62,387 nucleotides of DNA, filler included, from Kipferlia bialata (GCA_003568945.1; 5 parts of 5 records of this genome joined end to end with filler, not necessarily neighbours in it); one strand, 5' to 3'; shown: positions 12,201 through 24,606, counted from the first letter of the whole stretch. Notes: generated by a model from the sequence alone, not told the origin. Numbers and translations: made by a program.

Positions 12201-14438
12201 GGGGTGGGGCTGTATGGAGAGACACACTTCACTGTCGCTAAGGTCTGCATCTCTGTGCCACATAGAAAACACATGACGTCTCAAATATATATGTAGTATC
12301 TACATTCAAATCTACCTGTATTCCTGTATATAAGTAACTATCCTAGTATATCAATACAAAGGTATCTATACCTGGTGTAAGGCCAGTTCTGCATCTCCCA
12401 TGCCCAGTTCAAGGCAAAGGTGGCACCGACCTCGGAGGCACCCCCGTTCATGCCTGAGGATGAGTCATATATAGTATATATATACTATGACTCCATCCCA
12501 TGAATTGTATCACCAGCCTAAGAGGCACCCCCGTTCATGCCTGAAGTGAGATACATTAGATATATGACTACTATATTTGTATACATATATGTACTCGACA
12601 TATATAGTATAGAGGTATCAACCTCGGAGGCACCTCCGTTCATGGCTATGGTGAGGTATTGGTATGTTTATACGGTTAGCACACATCTCTCACTCACCAA
12701 CCCCCTATACGAATGATGCCACACTATATAAGGATTTTACTAGGTCAAGTACTCGGAAATCACTAAATAGTCGTGAATATCGTATACATTCTAGAGTACT
12801 ATACCACTCACCGACCCCTTCCACGAATGATGCCACGATGTGCTCTGGGGTTATGTCCAGGGATTTGATTGTGACCTGACATGAGATATATATATGTATA
12901 TGGAGGATACGTACATGAATATGTAAGTGTCAGTGGTTGAGAGCATGAATCAATATACACCTGGGAGAGTGTGATGTGCCTAGTGGACTGTATACACAAA
13001 CACTACTGAAGTATAAGTATTTCCATAGGATGCAAAATATACATGTCCATAGTATAATGCACCTGTGAGAGAGTGATGTCGAGTGTCCCCAAAATAGAAT
13101 ACATATAAAATAGTGTATATTGTCTCATACTGATAAGGTACCTGGGAGAGTGTGATGTCGAGTGTGCCCAGGGGACTGTCAACCTGGGGGTGTAAGGGAA
13201 AGTGGGAAGGGGGAGGGGGGTAGCACTTGTATAATGGAAAAATAGCAGAGGCCAATTGGTGGGGTGGCAAGCATGCGATGACTGTCAACCTGGGGGAAGA
13301 GGGGAAAATTGGCCGTATTAGGGAAGGCGTATTAGGGAAGCCATATCATACTGGGTCAAGAGAATGGCCGATACAGCATATGTCTTCACTTGAGGGGGGG
13401 GGAGAGAGAGAGGCAACAGTGGAGACATACTATATTCATGAATCAATTGCGGGTTACCTCGACTGTGCAGTCTGGAATGATCACTCAATGGATACATATA
13501 TGTATGACATATATATATATATATATATATACATATAGTATACATGTCAGCCATGTCATACCTCGACTGTGCAGTCTGGGATGATGACGGTGGTGATCAA
13601 GGCATCGACCTGGGGTGAATACTAAAGAATGACTATATTAATATAGTATGTATATGTAAAGATATCTATACACAATGTACATGTGACTGGGGTGGTCAAG
13701 GCATCGACCTCGGGAGAGAGAGGGAATGAAAGAAAGATGTGGGAGTGGGGGAGAGAAGGAGAGAGAGATAATATGTGAGATAGAAGCTTACGCACGTCAG
13801 GCCAGACCACGTCTATGATCTGGTTGACACCCTCCTGGGTCAGGACATACTCAACGCCTAGGGGGTAAGAAATCAATATAGAGAGAGGTAGAGAGAGAGA
13901 GAGAGAGAGAGAGAGATAGGGTTGACACCCTCCTGGGTCAGGACATACTCAACGCCTAGGGGGTGAGGGATAATAGTATATGAATATATTTGTATAGAGA
14001 GAGAGAGAGATAGAGAGAGAGAGAGACAGTGTTGACACCCTCCTGGGTCAGGACATACTCAACGCCTGGTCATAAGGGATAATAATATATGTATATGTTT
14101 GTATAGAGAGAGAGAGAGAGAGAGATGGTGTTGACAAACTCCTGGGTTAGGAATCCTAACTTAGGATATAGTTACATAGCAGTATAGTCAGGGTATATAT
14201 ATATATACTCAACGTCTGGGGGGTGAGATAGAGGGAGAGACAGAGAAAGAGGAATTTTTGACGGCTATACACACACATTCCCCTGTCTGTGCCCACCCCA
14301 CTGTGTCTATATACATGTACACACATGTGTGTATACTAGGCCTAGTACATGTTGATTCCCACCTGTCTGTGCCCACCCCCCTGCCACTAACAGGAGCAGC
14401 ATCACATGCAGCATGACATGGCTAGTCATGTGGAACAT
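9295..14438 (-). CDS. BPI/LBP/CETP (TULIP) family secreted lipid-binding protein, ~18 exons
   Basis: Signal peptide MTSHVMLHVMLLLLVAGGWAQ. Then GVEYVLTQEGVNQIIDVVWPD|VDALITTVIIPDC...LDITLSQ|VTIKSLDI...DLGDVQIEINGSSYAWFYNIFADIF...ELNTAFLETDTDIPIDD|SVDLDMRMMSPP..., QVPALYDYCPGCNM and a C-terminal PGVAITDPHTFYSDTYVMVGG. This is collinear with the two BPI domains. Confidence 0.85.
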
Positions 14439-14825
14439 GCACCCACACCCCTTGCGTGGAGAGCAGCACCTGTATTGGGACTCTCTCAGAGGCCATCGGG
14501 AGGTAGTGTACAGTCTCACATCTCCTCTCTACAGTACGGGAGACCAAGTACCCAAGTGACAAGATGAATACCAATCTCTGGACGCTACCATATTTGCACT
14601 CCACCACATCTATCCGGGGGGTCTAACAAGGTTGAGTCCTCTTATAGACCCTACTGGGTACATAGGCTGAGTCACCAGATATGGCATTGTAGTGAGACGT
14701 GTATTTGATTACGAATCAGATTCTGCCCCTTTTGTCACAAAAACGGGTCAATTCTCAATGTGATGTGGATCTAGCTTGACTTTTGTGCATCCCTCTCTTC
14801 CTTGTTCGAATACCAAGTCTCAGCA

Positions 14826-15060
14826 ATGTTGTTCCCACACCTTGCCCTCGCAGTGCTCTGCAAGCTAGTTGTCCCCCAGGTATAGAGATTTGACCCTATG
14901 CGCTTGTGGAGCATTGTATGATAGTCACCGATCAAAGTACGGGATGTGCCCAATGGATCACTCTGCTACCCACTGGCACACTTGCATTCTACTACCCCCC
15001 CCCACCTCTTTGGGTCATTCTTTTACGCTCTCTCTTTATCATTATGAATGCATCTCTTAC

Positions 15061-15098
<38 letters not shown>

Positions 15099-15907
15099 CC
15101 CCCCCCCCCCCCCCTCCATCTCACTCTAGGCCGAGCACGTCAAGGCCGAGCTGCTCAAGCTGATCCCCATCACCCGTGCCGAGGTTAGGGCTTCAAATAT
15201 ATAGTGGTGGAATACTATATAGAGTATCGATACTTTGGTATACCCATCACCCGTGCTGAGGTATGTGATACTGTCTCTCGTCCACAGCACCTGTCCTCTT
15301 GTCCATAGGAGTATCTTCTCGCTCTCAATGTGTATGTGTCTCTCTATTTTCTATGTATGGGAGGTTACATCCAGTACGATCTGCACTCTCTCTATCTCTC
15401 TCTCTCTCTCATCTATAGGAGGGCTGCCTGCAGTACGACCTCCACCAGGATACTACTACCCCAGGCACATTCCTATTCTACGAGACATGGCAGAACAGGT
15501 GGACATACTACAGAATATAGGACATTGATGTAGTATGATAGTACGTAGTATATAGTAACAATAGTGTGATAGTATGGTATCCACGTGGATCCTGTTCTAC
15601 GAGACATGGCAGATCATGCGCATACTGTATGGCATTGTATCTGGTACATAGTGTGGTATCCACGTGTACATTTCTGGGCCTAGTACATTGGACATATAGG
15701 ATATATACCATATATAGTGTGTACATCACATCTGATGCCAGGGACCTCTGGCAGAAGCACATGAACAACACCCACCTGGCAGCCTATGTCAAGGCCACAG
15801 AGGTATATGCTATTATATATATATATATATACATTCATACATTCATATGTATTTAACCCTAGGGATGCGTGGACAGCTTCGTCGTCAACGAGATGACCAA
15901 GATTTAG
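14826..15907 (+). CDS. Antibiotic-biosynthesis-monooxygenase (ABM) / YgiN-like putative quinol monooxygenase; exons 15130-15183, 15419-15498, 15742-15802, 15863-15907; first exon uncertain
   Basis: Spliced product AEHVKAELLKLIPITRAE|EGCLQYDLHQDTTTPGTFLFYETWQNR|DLWQKHMNNTHLAAYVKATE|GCVDSFVVNEMTKI* has the ABM signature (TR.E.GC..YDLH....P..F.FYE.W......H....H). The candidate first exon 14826-14879 is phase-compatible but does not resemble the family. Confidence 0.9.
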
Positions 15908-16636
15908 AGAGAGGCAGAGAGAGAGAGAGATGCCAAGCTGTAAAGGGGAGAGAGAGTGAGAGGATGATTGATACATGCCAATCTCTCAATTGATTCAAAA
16001 CCCGATGAATAGATTAATAGCATGAGATGTACCCGTGAGAGTCAACACCTCAGACTATATCTCTCTTCTAGCCCACACATTGCTTGTATCTAGACTACAT
16101 GAATGATTAGTCACAACTCTACACCCGACTATTGTGGCCGACAGCTTCCCACATAGACCTGTACATAATACATAGGGCCCGCCTTGAGGGGGAGGGACCA
16201 CTTCTGAGACATCCTCTGTAGCATCCCTCTTACGCTGAACTATCTCTCTCTCTCTCTCTCTCTCTCCCTCTGAGAGGGCTAGGGGCCCTAGGCCCTCTCT
16301 CGCTTCTCCACTGCACCCTAGTCTAGTACATCCTCTCATCCATGTCCGGTCTCACAGTGACGGTATCCCCACTCTTGAAGTTGATACCAGTGGCATCCAG
16401 CCTATCTATCACAACCTCTCTTCTCTTCCATAGGCAATCTGTCCCCTCTCACTGTACTGAGTCACACCTTGTCAAGGTCACCTTGACAAGTACAGGTGAC
16501 AGTTACAGTCGAGACGCTCCGCCGTTTGTTTTTCATTGAAGGTGTAGAGTTGGGTGAGGGCTCTGACAAGGTAGCTCTTTCACACACATTGTTCCCTTAC
16601 TTCTCTCCCTCAACCAGTAAGGATCAGCGAACAGAG

Positions 16637-18170
16637 ATGGGTGACACGCCACCTATACCAGAGAAGTATCTCTGCCCCATCACCCTAGAGGCCATGCGGG
16701 TACGGACAAACACAATTCTGTCAACTCTACGTCTACACGATTATCATAACCGGTGAATACGTTAGCCAGCCTCCGAAACTTGTAAGTATCTCGTTTCTGC
16801 TCACCCTCAGGACCCGGTGGTCACTCCAGGTACAGTATCAGGCAGTACGTGATGGGTCCACACACTAGTCACTGTAGACTGTGTTTGTGGTAGTCATGTC
16901 CTCATACTCTACCAATACCTATACATGTACAACATGCGACGTTTTCACTAATATTACACCTCCTAAACCACCGTTATTTGATAAGTTAATCCTCTGGTTA
17001 CCATCATTCTGTCTTCCTGTCCAGGTGTATTGCATCTACAGTAGAGTCTACACGCCTCTAGTCAAGTAATTGTGTATATACCCCACGGGTCACCTCTAAC
17101 CCCCAGATGGCCACTCCTATGAGAGGTCTGCCATATCAGAGTGGCTCAACACACACCCAGGTGGGTATACTACTGTAAACTATACAAATCAACGATTATA
17201 CACCCCCACCCCAGCCACCCCCCTCCGATACACTATATGATATATTACTCAACCGCCCCACTCACTATATACATACATATGTATACATATAAATGCACCC
17301 ACCCCAGGTTGGGGCCCAGCCACCCCCCTCCGATACACTGCAAGCTGTATATATATATATATATATATCATACTATATATGCTCCATACCCCCACCCCAG
17401 CCACCCCCCTGCGCACCCCCTGTCAGAAGGGCATGCTCTGTCCCAACCTGCAGCTCAGGCAGGAGATACAGGTACAGGGTATACATGTCATGATAGAGTA
17501 GCCACTAACAGTGACCCTTTTCCTACAAGTGACGGAGTAGGACTAAACACAATGGCTTCCTCTCTTTGAGATGTCTTGCTTGTATCCCTCTCTCCCACCC
17601 CTCAGGACTGGCACTCCACCCACAACACCCCCCTGGAACCACTGTCAGAGACAGAGGCAGAGGAGGAAGAGTTGGTACCTGTCAAGGTATAGAGTGTATC
17701 CCCCTCTTTCTTCTGGGACATTCTCCCTCTCCCTCTCACTTTCACTCTCTCTCTCTGCGTGTTAAAAAATACACATGAATACTCGTACATCCTAACCCCC
17801 AGGCCATCACTCCCATTGCCAACCTATCTACTACTCTCTCTCTTTCTCACTCTCTATCTATCTTGCTATCTCTCTCTATATATACCCATATATACCTTAC
17901 CCCCCAGGTCATCACTGCCAATGCCAACAACCACCCCTCTCTCTCCCATATATATATATATATTCTTTCTATATCTCTCTCTCTATATATGTGTATATAT
18001 ATACCTTAACCCCCAGGGCCTGACTGTTAATGCCACTATCTCTCTTTCTCTATATATATATATCTCTGTATGAATATTTATATATATACATGAATATATA
18101 TATATATATACTTATATTTATGTATGTATGTGTATATCCCTGACCTTCAGGGCCTGACTGTTAATGCCAC
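16637..18170 (+). CDS. U-box E3 ubiquitin ligase domain protein, 3' end lost in the gap
   Basis: Exons give MGDTPPIPEKYLCPITLEAMR|DPVVTP|DGHSYERSAISEWLNTHP|ATPLRTPCQKGMLCPNLQLRQEIQ|DWHSTHN..., a canonical U-box (P..F.CPI..E.M.DPV...GH.YER.AI..WL.....P......L.PN..LR..I..W). Confidence 0.9.
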
Positions 18171-18174
18171 TATA

Positions 18175-18229
<55 letters not shown>

Positions 18230-18329
18230 NNNNNNNNNNNNNNNNNNNNNNNNNNNNNNNNNNNNNNNNNNNNTTAATTAATTAANNNNNNNNNNNNNNN
18301 NNNNNNNNNNNNNNNNNNNNNNNNNNNNN
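18230..18329. other. Artificial 100-nt spacer (44N-TTAATTAATTAA-44N)
   Basis: The same construct appears four times; the 12-mer has stops in all six frames. Confidence 0.97.
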
Positions 18330-18494
18330 AGAGTGAGTATCAGTATGGGAGGGAAAGGGGTAAGGGGGGAGGGGGGAGGGATATATAGGCTGGGTGTAGT
18401 GCCCCGGGTGAATCTGTGGAGTGTATACGGTGGAAGGTAGAGAGATGGATGATGTTGTGAATACCTGGAGGGCACATAGGTATATATAGTTTAC

Positions 18495-18815
18495 AATGTA
18501 TGTACAGGGAGAGAGAGAGAGCGTGTGTCTGGATGATAGTTATACATGACAGGCACAGAGAGAGAGAGAGCAGATAGTGTGTATACGTGGCTCAGAGATA
18601 GAGACGGAGAGGGAGTGGGGATGAGTTGTATACATGGCAGACACACACAGAGAGAGTGTGTCAATGCATACAGGGTATGTAGAGAGAGTGTGTGCATACT
18701 TGGCAGACATAGAGAGAATGAGGGTGTGTATACATGGCAGGCACAGAGAGAGAGACAGAGTGTGTGTGTGTGTGTGTGTATATGGATGGGGTACATACAT
18801 GGCAGGTACAGAGAG
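18495..18815. repeat. Degenerate tandem repeat (~40-50 bp units, GTGTATACATGGCAG..CACAGAGAGAG core)
   Basis: Core variants recur at about 18498, 18541, 18579, 18627, 18691, 18726 and 18791. Confidence 0.6.
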
Positions 18816-19201
18816 AGTAGACATCACACACCTCGACGAGCTCTGAGAAAATCGTAAATATACATCAAGTCTATGTGGCACCCCCTGATCGCTATTCCCT
18901 AAATCTACCCAGTTCCATATACATACCTTCCAAACACTGGCGAGATGCACAAGTGGGCCTTGACCAGTGAGTAAAGTAACGGTGCTGAGTGGGGGCGAGT
19001 CAAATGTCAAAAAGAATGCTGTCAGGGTGTAGGATGCTTGTCGACAGTCTCCTTATGTATCGTCTCTCTCTCTCTCCTTATGTATGCTATCTACCCACTG
19101 CCGGTGCCTGCCCTTGCTGGGGTGGGGTCTCTGGCCTATACCATACAGTCAGAGTACGAGGACAGGTTCGAGATCGCTGTCACCAGTGGACAAGGTATCT
19201 A

Positions 19202-19235
<34 letters not shown>

Positions 19236-20301
19236 TGTCTCTCTATACCCATCTCTCTCTCTCACACACACATAGTGCGTGTCCAGCCTCTCTCTCGGTC
19301 TACACCCTTACTCTTCTCTCTCTCTCTGGGAAATAGAGGTGTTGAAGAGAGATTGATTCTGTCTCAGGTTCCTCTCTACTCTCTCTTCTGCACCCTTGGT
19401 GTGCATGTCTCTTGTGGGGGCAAATTATTACGTCACTAGGTATATGTAAAATATGTATATTACACTGTATGAGTCAGTTTTTGTGTGATTGAGTGTGTTT
19501 GAATGATATCAGTGTATATATAGGGTCAGTACAGGGGCACGTCTGTACTTAGTCTCTATACCTGCCCGGCTCTGGAGTGTATTCTCTTGATGTACTGGTG
19601 ATATATGTAAGTGGAGACTCTCCACTGTGGAGAGTAGCTGGAAGTGTATATGCAGGTCTACCCCCCCTCTCGGTGTATCCGACCCTCACCCCATAGTACA
19701 CCCAGTGGGTGGGTGTCACCCACCCACTGCCACCCTGGCAGGGAGTCTCTCACCCTCTCTCACTGTTCCCTTAGTGTGTCTGGGTATGTATCGTGGTCTC
19801 CCTCTCCCCCTCCCCTCAGTCTCTCTCACCCCCCAGGGGCACTGGGGGGATGGATACAGGACGGGACTCTGTCTCTCTCCTGCGGCATGTAGGTAACCAA
19901 ATACTGACTCTCTCTCTCCCTACCCTCTGAACATACGTCCCATGGTGTCGCTAGTCACTACACTGTCTGCACAGAAGAACATACGCATGAACTCACACCT
20001 CAGGCCTTGGGAGTACTCCAGAATGGGCAGGTTGGTCTCGTCTAGGCCCACCACATTAGGCTTAGGCTTAGGTGCGAACTGGCCTGTGGCCATCTTGGTA
20101 TATACCTCTACTGGGTTCTCTAGTTTCTGGATCTCTCTTCCTGGTACCCCCTCACATCTGATATGATAGCGGGAGGGGTGGGTTGGGTGTAGCTGCTGGT
20201 TGTCTGGGTTTCTCTTGTCACATTACATTTCTTTGCCAGGAGGGGAGTATAAGCCACATATTCTCGCCTCCCACAGGAGGTTACCTCCACATCAGCATAG
20301 T

Positions 20302-20428
20302 CATCTATGTATATATCATCTATATATCATCTATGTATATATCATCTATATATCANNNNNNNNNNNNNTATCATCTATATATCATCTATGTATATATCAT
20401 CTATATATCATCTATGTATATATATATC
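20302..20428. repeat. Minisatellite (TATCATCTATG/TATA units) with an internal 13-N gap
   Basis: Alternating TCATCTATGTATATA / TCATCTATATA units read directly. Confidence 0.85.
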
Positions 20429-21436
20429 TGGGTGGAACTGTCCCATTGCTGACCCCTCCAGGTCATACCCGTAGAGCGCCGTTGAACTATGAGACGGCCA
20501 GTGTGAAAGCAGAGAGGTTAGTCTGGAGAGGGTCTGTGTCTGTGTATACTATCTCGTCTCTGGGGATAGGTGATACGATTCTTGGTTACTTTACTCTGTG
20601 CCAGTATACATTGGGAGAGATTAGATGAGTTGTAGGATGCGTGGCTGTTCTGGTATTCACTTGACGTGTGATATTGACTAAATTATTGATATTTCAGGTA
20701 GATAGTGAGTCCCTCCGCCATGTATACTGCCTATCTGGACTGTGATGGAAATACACTCTCCATCACAGTCGAGTCTCTCCAGGAGAGACAGATAAAGGAG
20801 ACACCCTCACTCTCTACACCGCACACTACGACAGTGATACTGTCAGTGGGGATACTCTCGTAGCAGAGGCTGACGGAGAGATAGCACTGAGTGAGTCCAT
20901 GTCTTTTTGCGGTGGGGCCAACTGCTTCTACCTGGAGTTTGACACAGACCTTGACTATGTGGGGGGGCAGGGCTTCAACTGTACATACTCTACATACTCT
21001 ACCAGTCAACGATACTGAGTGTGAGTACCATAGACTCATGCCAGGCGAACAAAGGCCGGAATAGATAATTACACATATGTATGCGTGTCTAAGTGTCTAT
21101 ATACTACACTATAGTATAGATCGTCCAGCTGCTGGCAGTACACCAGGACTGTGGGTGTGTTTCAGGATAAGGTTTCCAACATATATCTCTGAAACTTTTA
21201 CAATGGTTGAGAGTATACTGCTATAATGGCCATATACCTCAGGGGAGCTTCCAATTCAACTTACAGGCTATTTCAATTTAATGCCAATCCAATGAGTGAA
21301 ACCCACCCACACCCGATCAGGTGTTGTCCAAAAACAGACTCAGGCGCATACCCTCTACCGACCTTGTAATACATTATCACACCGCTGTGGCGTTGTTCAC
21401 CAAGGCCCGTGACACCGCATTCCTAAACAGACCGCA

Positions 21437-22450
21437 TTACTTAGTTCTAGCCCACTCCAGGGACTCATCCGGGTACACCCATCTCTGGTCGGCCTCAATG
21501 ACCCCTAGGCCGTACAGCTTTGCGTACCACTTAGCCAGTGAGTGTTGTGGGACTTGGCCGACATACGCCTGACCCACAGAGAGGGGTAGGGAGACAGGGT
21601 GGATCACTTCCATGTCCGTCCTCTTCCATTTTACACAGTCACCACTTATGATATCAAGGGCACCGGCTTGGCCCCATAACCCTGGAGACACTATATAGTC
21701 ACCAAAGACCACATGGTTGTGCCCATACTTGCGCCCTACAGTCCCACCGAAGTGGCGGCCCTCTACTCTCCACTTCTTAGCTGTAGAGAACACTAGCATT
21801 GACCGTAGCCTTCCGGCACTCCAATCAAGTGATACCGGTATATAAACTTGCCCTCTAATCACAAAGGACTCCCCAAGATGCCAGGATCCATGAGTGTCTT
21901 GGTGTTCTGACTGGGGTGTTTCAAGTCCTCTCCACACTCCGTGTTCTGTGTCGTATACTAGGCACCGCAAGTACCCGTATTGGTCTCTCTCAAGCTCCAC
22001 ATAGTATATGCACTCGTCGAGTACAAAGCATGTTGCTTGACCTGGACAGAGAGGGTTACCTCTAGGCAGAGGCAGGCGCTCCCATAGGAGTGTGGTCCAT
22101 CTCCAAACTGTAGAAGACAGAGGCACTCGACCTGAGTCTCGTGTTGGACTCCCGCTTGTCTTCTCCGAACATCGCATACACCTTGGTCCCTACAGTTGTG
22201 ATTATGTAAGACTTGAACTTGCGATCGACTAGTTCTCTTGGTATCTCAAGAGCTCTGGCAGTTACTACTCTACTCCCAGTTCTCTCCAATAGTGTCTCTC
22301 CTGTGTCCATCTCACCCACCCAGAATGCAAAGGGAATCTCATCGAAGGTAAAGGGCCTAACGTTACATTGGTACAGGAGAGTGCAGAGAGTAGCATACAT
22401 TTGGGACTTTCATGCAATTGCATGATGCAATTCGAATCACCTAACACTCA
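21437..22450 (-). pseudogene. Intronless kelch-like beta-propeller gene with frameshifts
   Basis: Two overlapping ORFs (112 aa and 246 aa) join as ...TTVGTKVYAMFG...FYSLEMD/TLLWERLP...CFVLDECIYY...CLVYDTEHGVWRGL...LDIISGDCVKW...WVYPDESLEWA* if one extra base at about 22095 is removed. Repeated 'YD....W..L' blade ends. A further frame change is likely near 22400. Confidence 0.6.
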
Positions 22451-22683
22451 AGAGTATCTCTCTGGCAGATAGCTGGGCCACAGGTATGTGATCACGGGTG
22501 CTGACGTCGCCACTTAGGAACACCACGCCACGTGACCTGACATGTAGAGGTGCCTGAATGTGAGTAGACAGATAGATGGAGAGTACAGTCTGTTGGAGAC
22601 ACGAGTTTGGGCTCTTTGCCCTGATAGATACCTGGAATTGATAGACCTTTCAAGCAGAGACCAATGGTAATTGTATATCATCT

Positions 22684-23244
22684 CTATGAAGAGCCAGTTA
22701 TCCTTACCAGAGGTCTACAACACTCCATGCTGGCCGCCCCAAAGTGTGAGTTGCACACTACAGTCTCATCTTTGTAGTTCGGCATTGTCAAAAAGTCCCC
22801 CACCCTGTACCCGATATTCTGGGAGGGGTGTGTGAGTGCAACTGCACAGCAACACTTGTCCCACAGGCACTGCACAGAGAGACTGTCAGCTGGGGGTGAG
22901 GGTGTGTCACATAAACATGATTAGACACCCCCTCTGGCCACTGACATCTCTCTCCTGTATCATACACACTAATAGGGATGTCAGACTATAATTGACAGTC
23001 GCCCACCTGCCACCTCCCACTGTCTGCCGGACTGTGCCTCCATCTCCAGCAGCATCTGCCCCATGGTGGGAAAGGACATACCCCAGAGAGAGGGGTGCAG
23101 ACCACTAGACTCGTACCCGGTAGGGGGGTTGCATGACATAGTGGGGTGGGGTGGAGAGTGTGAGAAAGAGAGAGCAGGTATAGGGGGCTGTGCAGGGTCG
23201 TACTTGAAGCCATCCTGAGGGAAGCCATCATTTGGTGTCATCAC
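22684..23244 (-). CDS. Possible two-exon hypothetical protein
   Basis: ORF 22981-23244 has a phase-1 GTGGGC donor compatible with the CCCCCAG acceptor at about 22890 that opens ORF 22684-22889. No family recognised. Confidence 0.25.
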
Positions 23245-23620
23245 TGATGACTCATCAGTCTACACTTACTGCTACACATTCTGCCTGTATCTGCATATGT
23301 ATCAGTAGTACTCATACGTGACGTGTGAGACTCACACGTCTATTAAGTGTAATTTCTCACACAATGAGATTCAGTGGTGTAACGTGTACTGAATATAGTG
23401 AAATGCATTAGAATCGAGAGAGAAGTCAACGGCCAGAGCAACAGGTGAGACATAGACATAGTACTATAACATAGATGATCAAATTTACTTCCCATCGTTG
23501 TTTGACTTACTCTCAGGTGAAAAGTGAGCCCCTCTTCCATGTCTACTGCCTATCTGGACTGTGATATAGAGTGTCTCTCCAAAACAGACTGTGATGGGAC
23601 AGACTGTGATTCACAGTCAA

Positions 23621-23859
23621 CTTGATATCATAAGTGGTGACTGTGTAAAGTGGAAGAGGACACATGGAAGTGATCCACCCTGTATCCCTACCACTCATTG
23701 TGGGTCCCGCATATGTTTGTCCATGCCCAAAACACTCACTTGTGACAAGGCACTCAAAGGAGTATGGCCTAGGAGTGATTGAGGCCGACCAGAGATTGGT
23801 GTACCCAGATGGGTCGATGGAGTGGGCCAACACTAAGTAATGCGGTCTGTTTAGGAATG
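23621..23859 (+). pseudogene. Inverted partial duplicate of the 3' end of the kelch-like gene (21418-21658)
   Basis: Reads LDIISGDCVKWKRT/MEVIHPVSLPL..VG.AYV...GLGVIEADQRLVYPDGSMEWANTK* and shares the 3' flank TAAGTAATGCGGTCTGTTTAGGAATG. It is frameshifted and has no 5' part. Confidence 0.85.
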
Positions 23860-24606
23860 TGACATCTTAAACAGGTCACTGAATGGCAGACTATACATTA
23901 TAGAAATACTTAACTAAGAGCCAATGTGGTCTGTCAGAAGTTAGACTATAAATGATATATATGCATACACAACTACGTTGCTCTGCCGGGGTATAGGTTT
24001 CATAAGATGGCTACGAGAGAGACAAGAACAGTGTGAATCTATGGGAAACTCACATTGTGAATCTGACGCGAGTAGGAAATGAGGGAGGATCAGACCATTG
24101 TTATGATGACACAAACACAGACAGATCCATACGTTCTATTCTCTCTCCACCTCTACGCCTGCTTCTCTCATATGTCTCTCTCTCCCTCAGTACCAGCTTA
24201 CTTTATCCTCTGTGGCGGTATCAAGACGACTGCATCCAGTGGGATGTGGTGCACAAAGTATGCCATCCCAATAGCAAGGGGGATGTAGGCCCAGACAGAT
24301 AGGGTACGGATGAGGCTGAGGGGTAGTTCTAGACACAATGAGTACTCCAACTATATATTTTAGAGAGAGTGAAAGTAGGAGACACAATACCAACATCGGA
24401 TATCAGAAAAGCGACTCTCTAGAGTTTAGGGTACCTGAATGGAAGACCAGTGGTGAAACTGATGTCACCAGTCTCGAATGCGATGCTGAAGGAGGCGAAA
24501 CAGACCAAAATTGTCTCGTACAATAGCTAGAGTAATTCAAAAGCTATAATCCGGTGGGAGAGTGGGTGATTGACATCCAAACTAAGACAATGTACAATAT
24601 GAATGA

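Noticed and set aside
18274..18285. TTAATTAATTAA palindrome recurring four times
   Set aside because: Always centred in exactly 44+44 N; an artificial six-frame-stop linker.
19079..19892. Possible small plus-strand gene (MYAIYPLPVPALAG…|GALGGWIQDG…)
   Set aside because: Splice sites are plausible but the exon chain is ambiguous and there is no recognisable homology.
20056..20072. (TTAGGC)3 telomere-like repeat
   Set aside because: Only about 3 units, internal, and reads as PKPKP in a degenerate minus-strand frame.
19915..20300. Minus-strand reading frame (…REIQKLENPVEVYTKMATGQFAPKPKP…), possible transposon or gene relic
   Set aside because: Interrupted by stops; no recognisable domain, terminal repeats or target-site duplication.
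20731..21039. 102-aa minus-strand ORF
   Set aside because: No motif or splice support; cannot be separated from a chance or decayed ORF.
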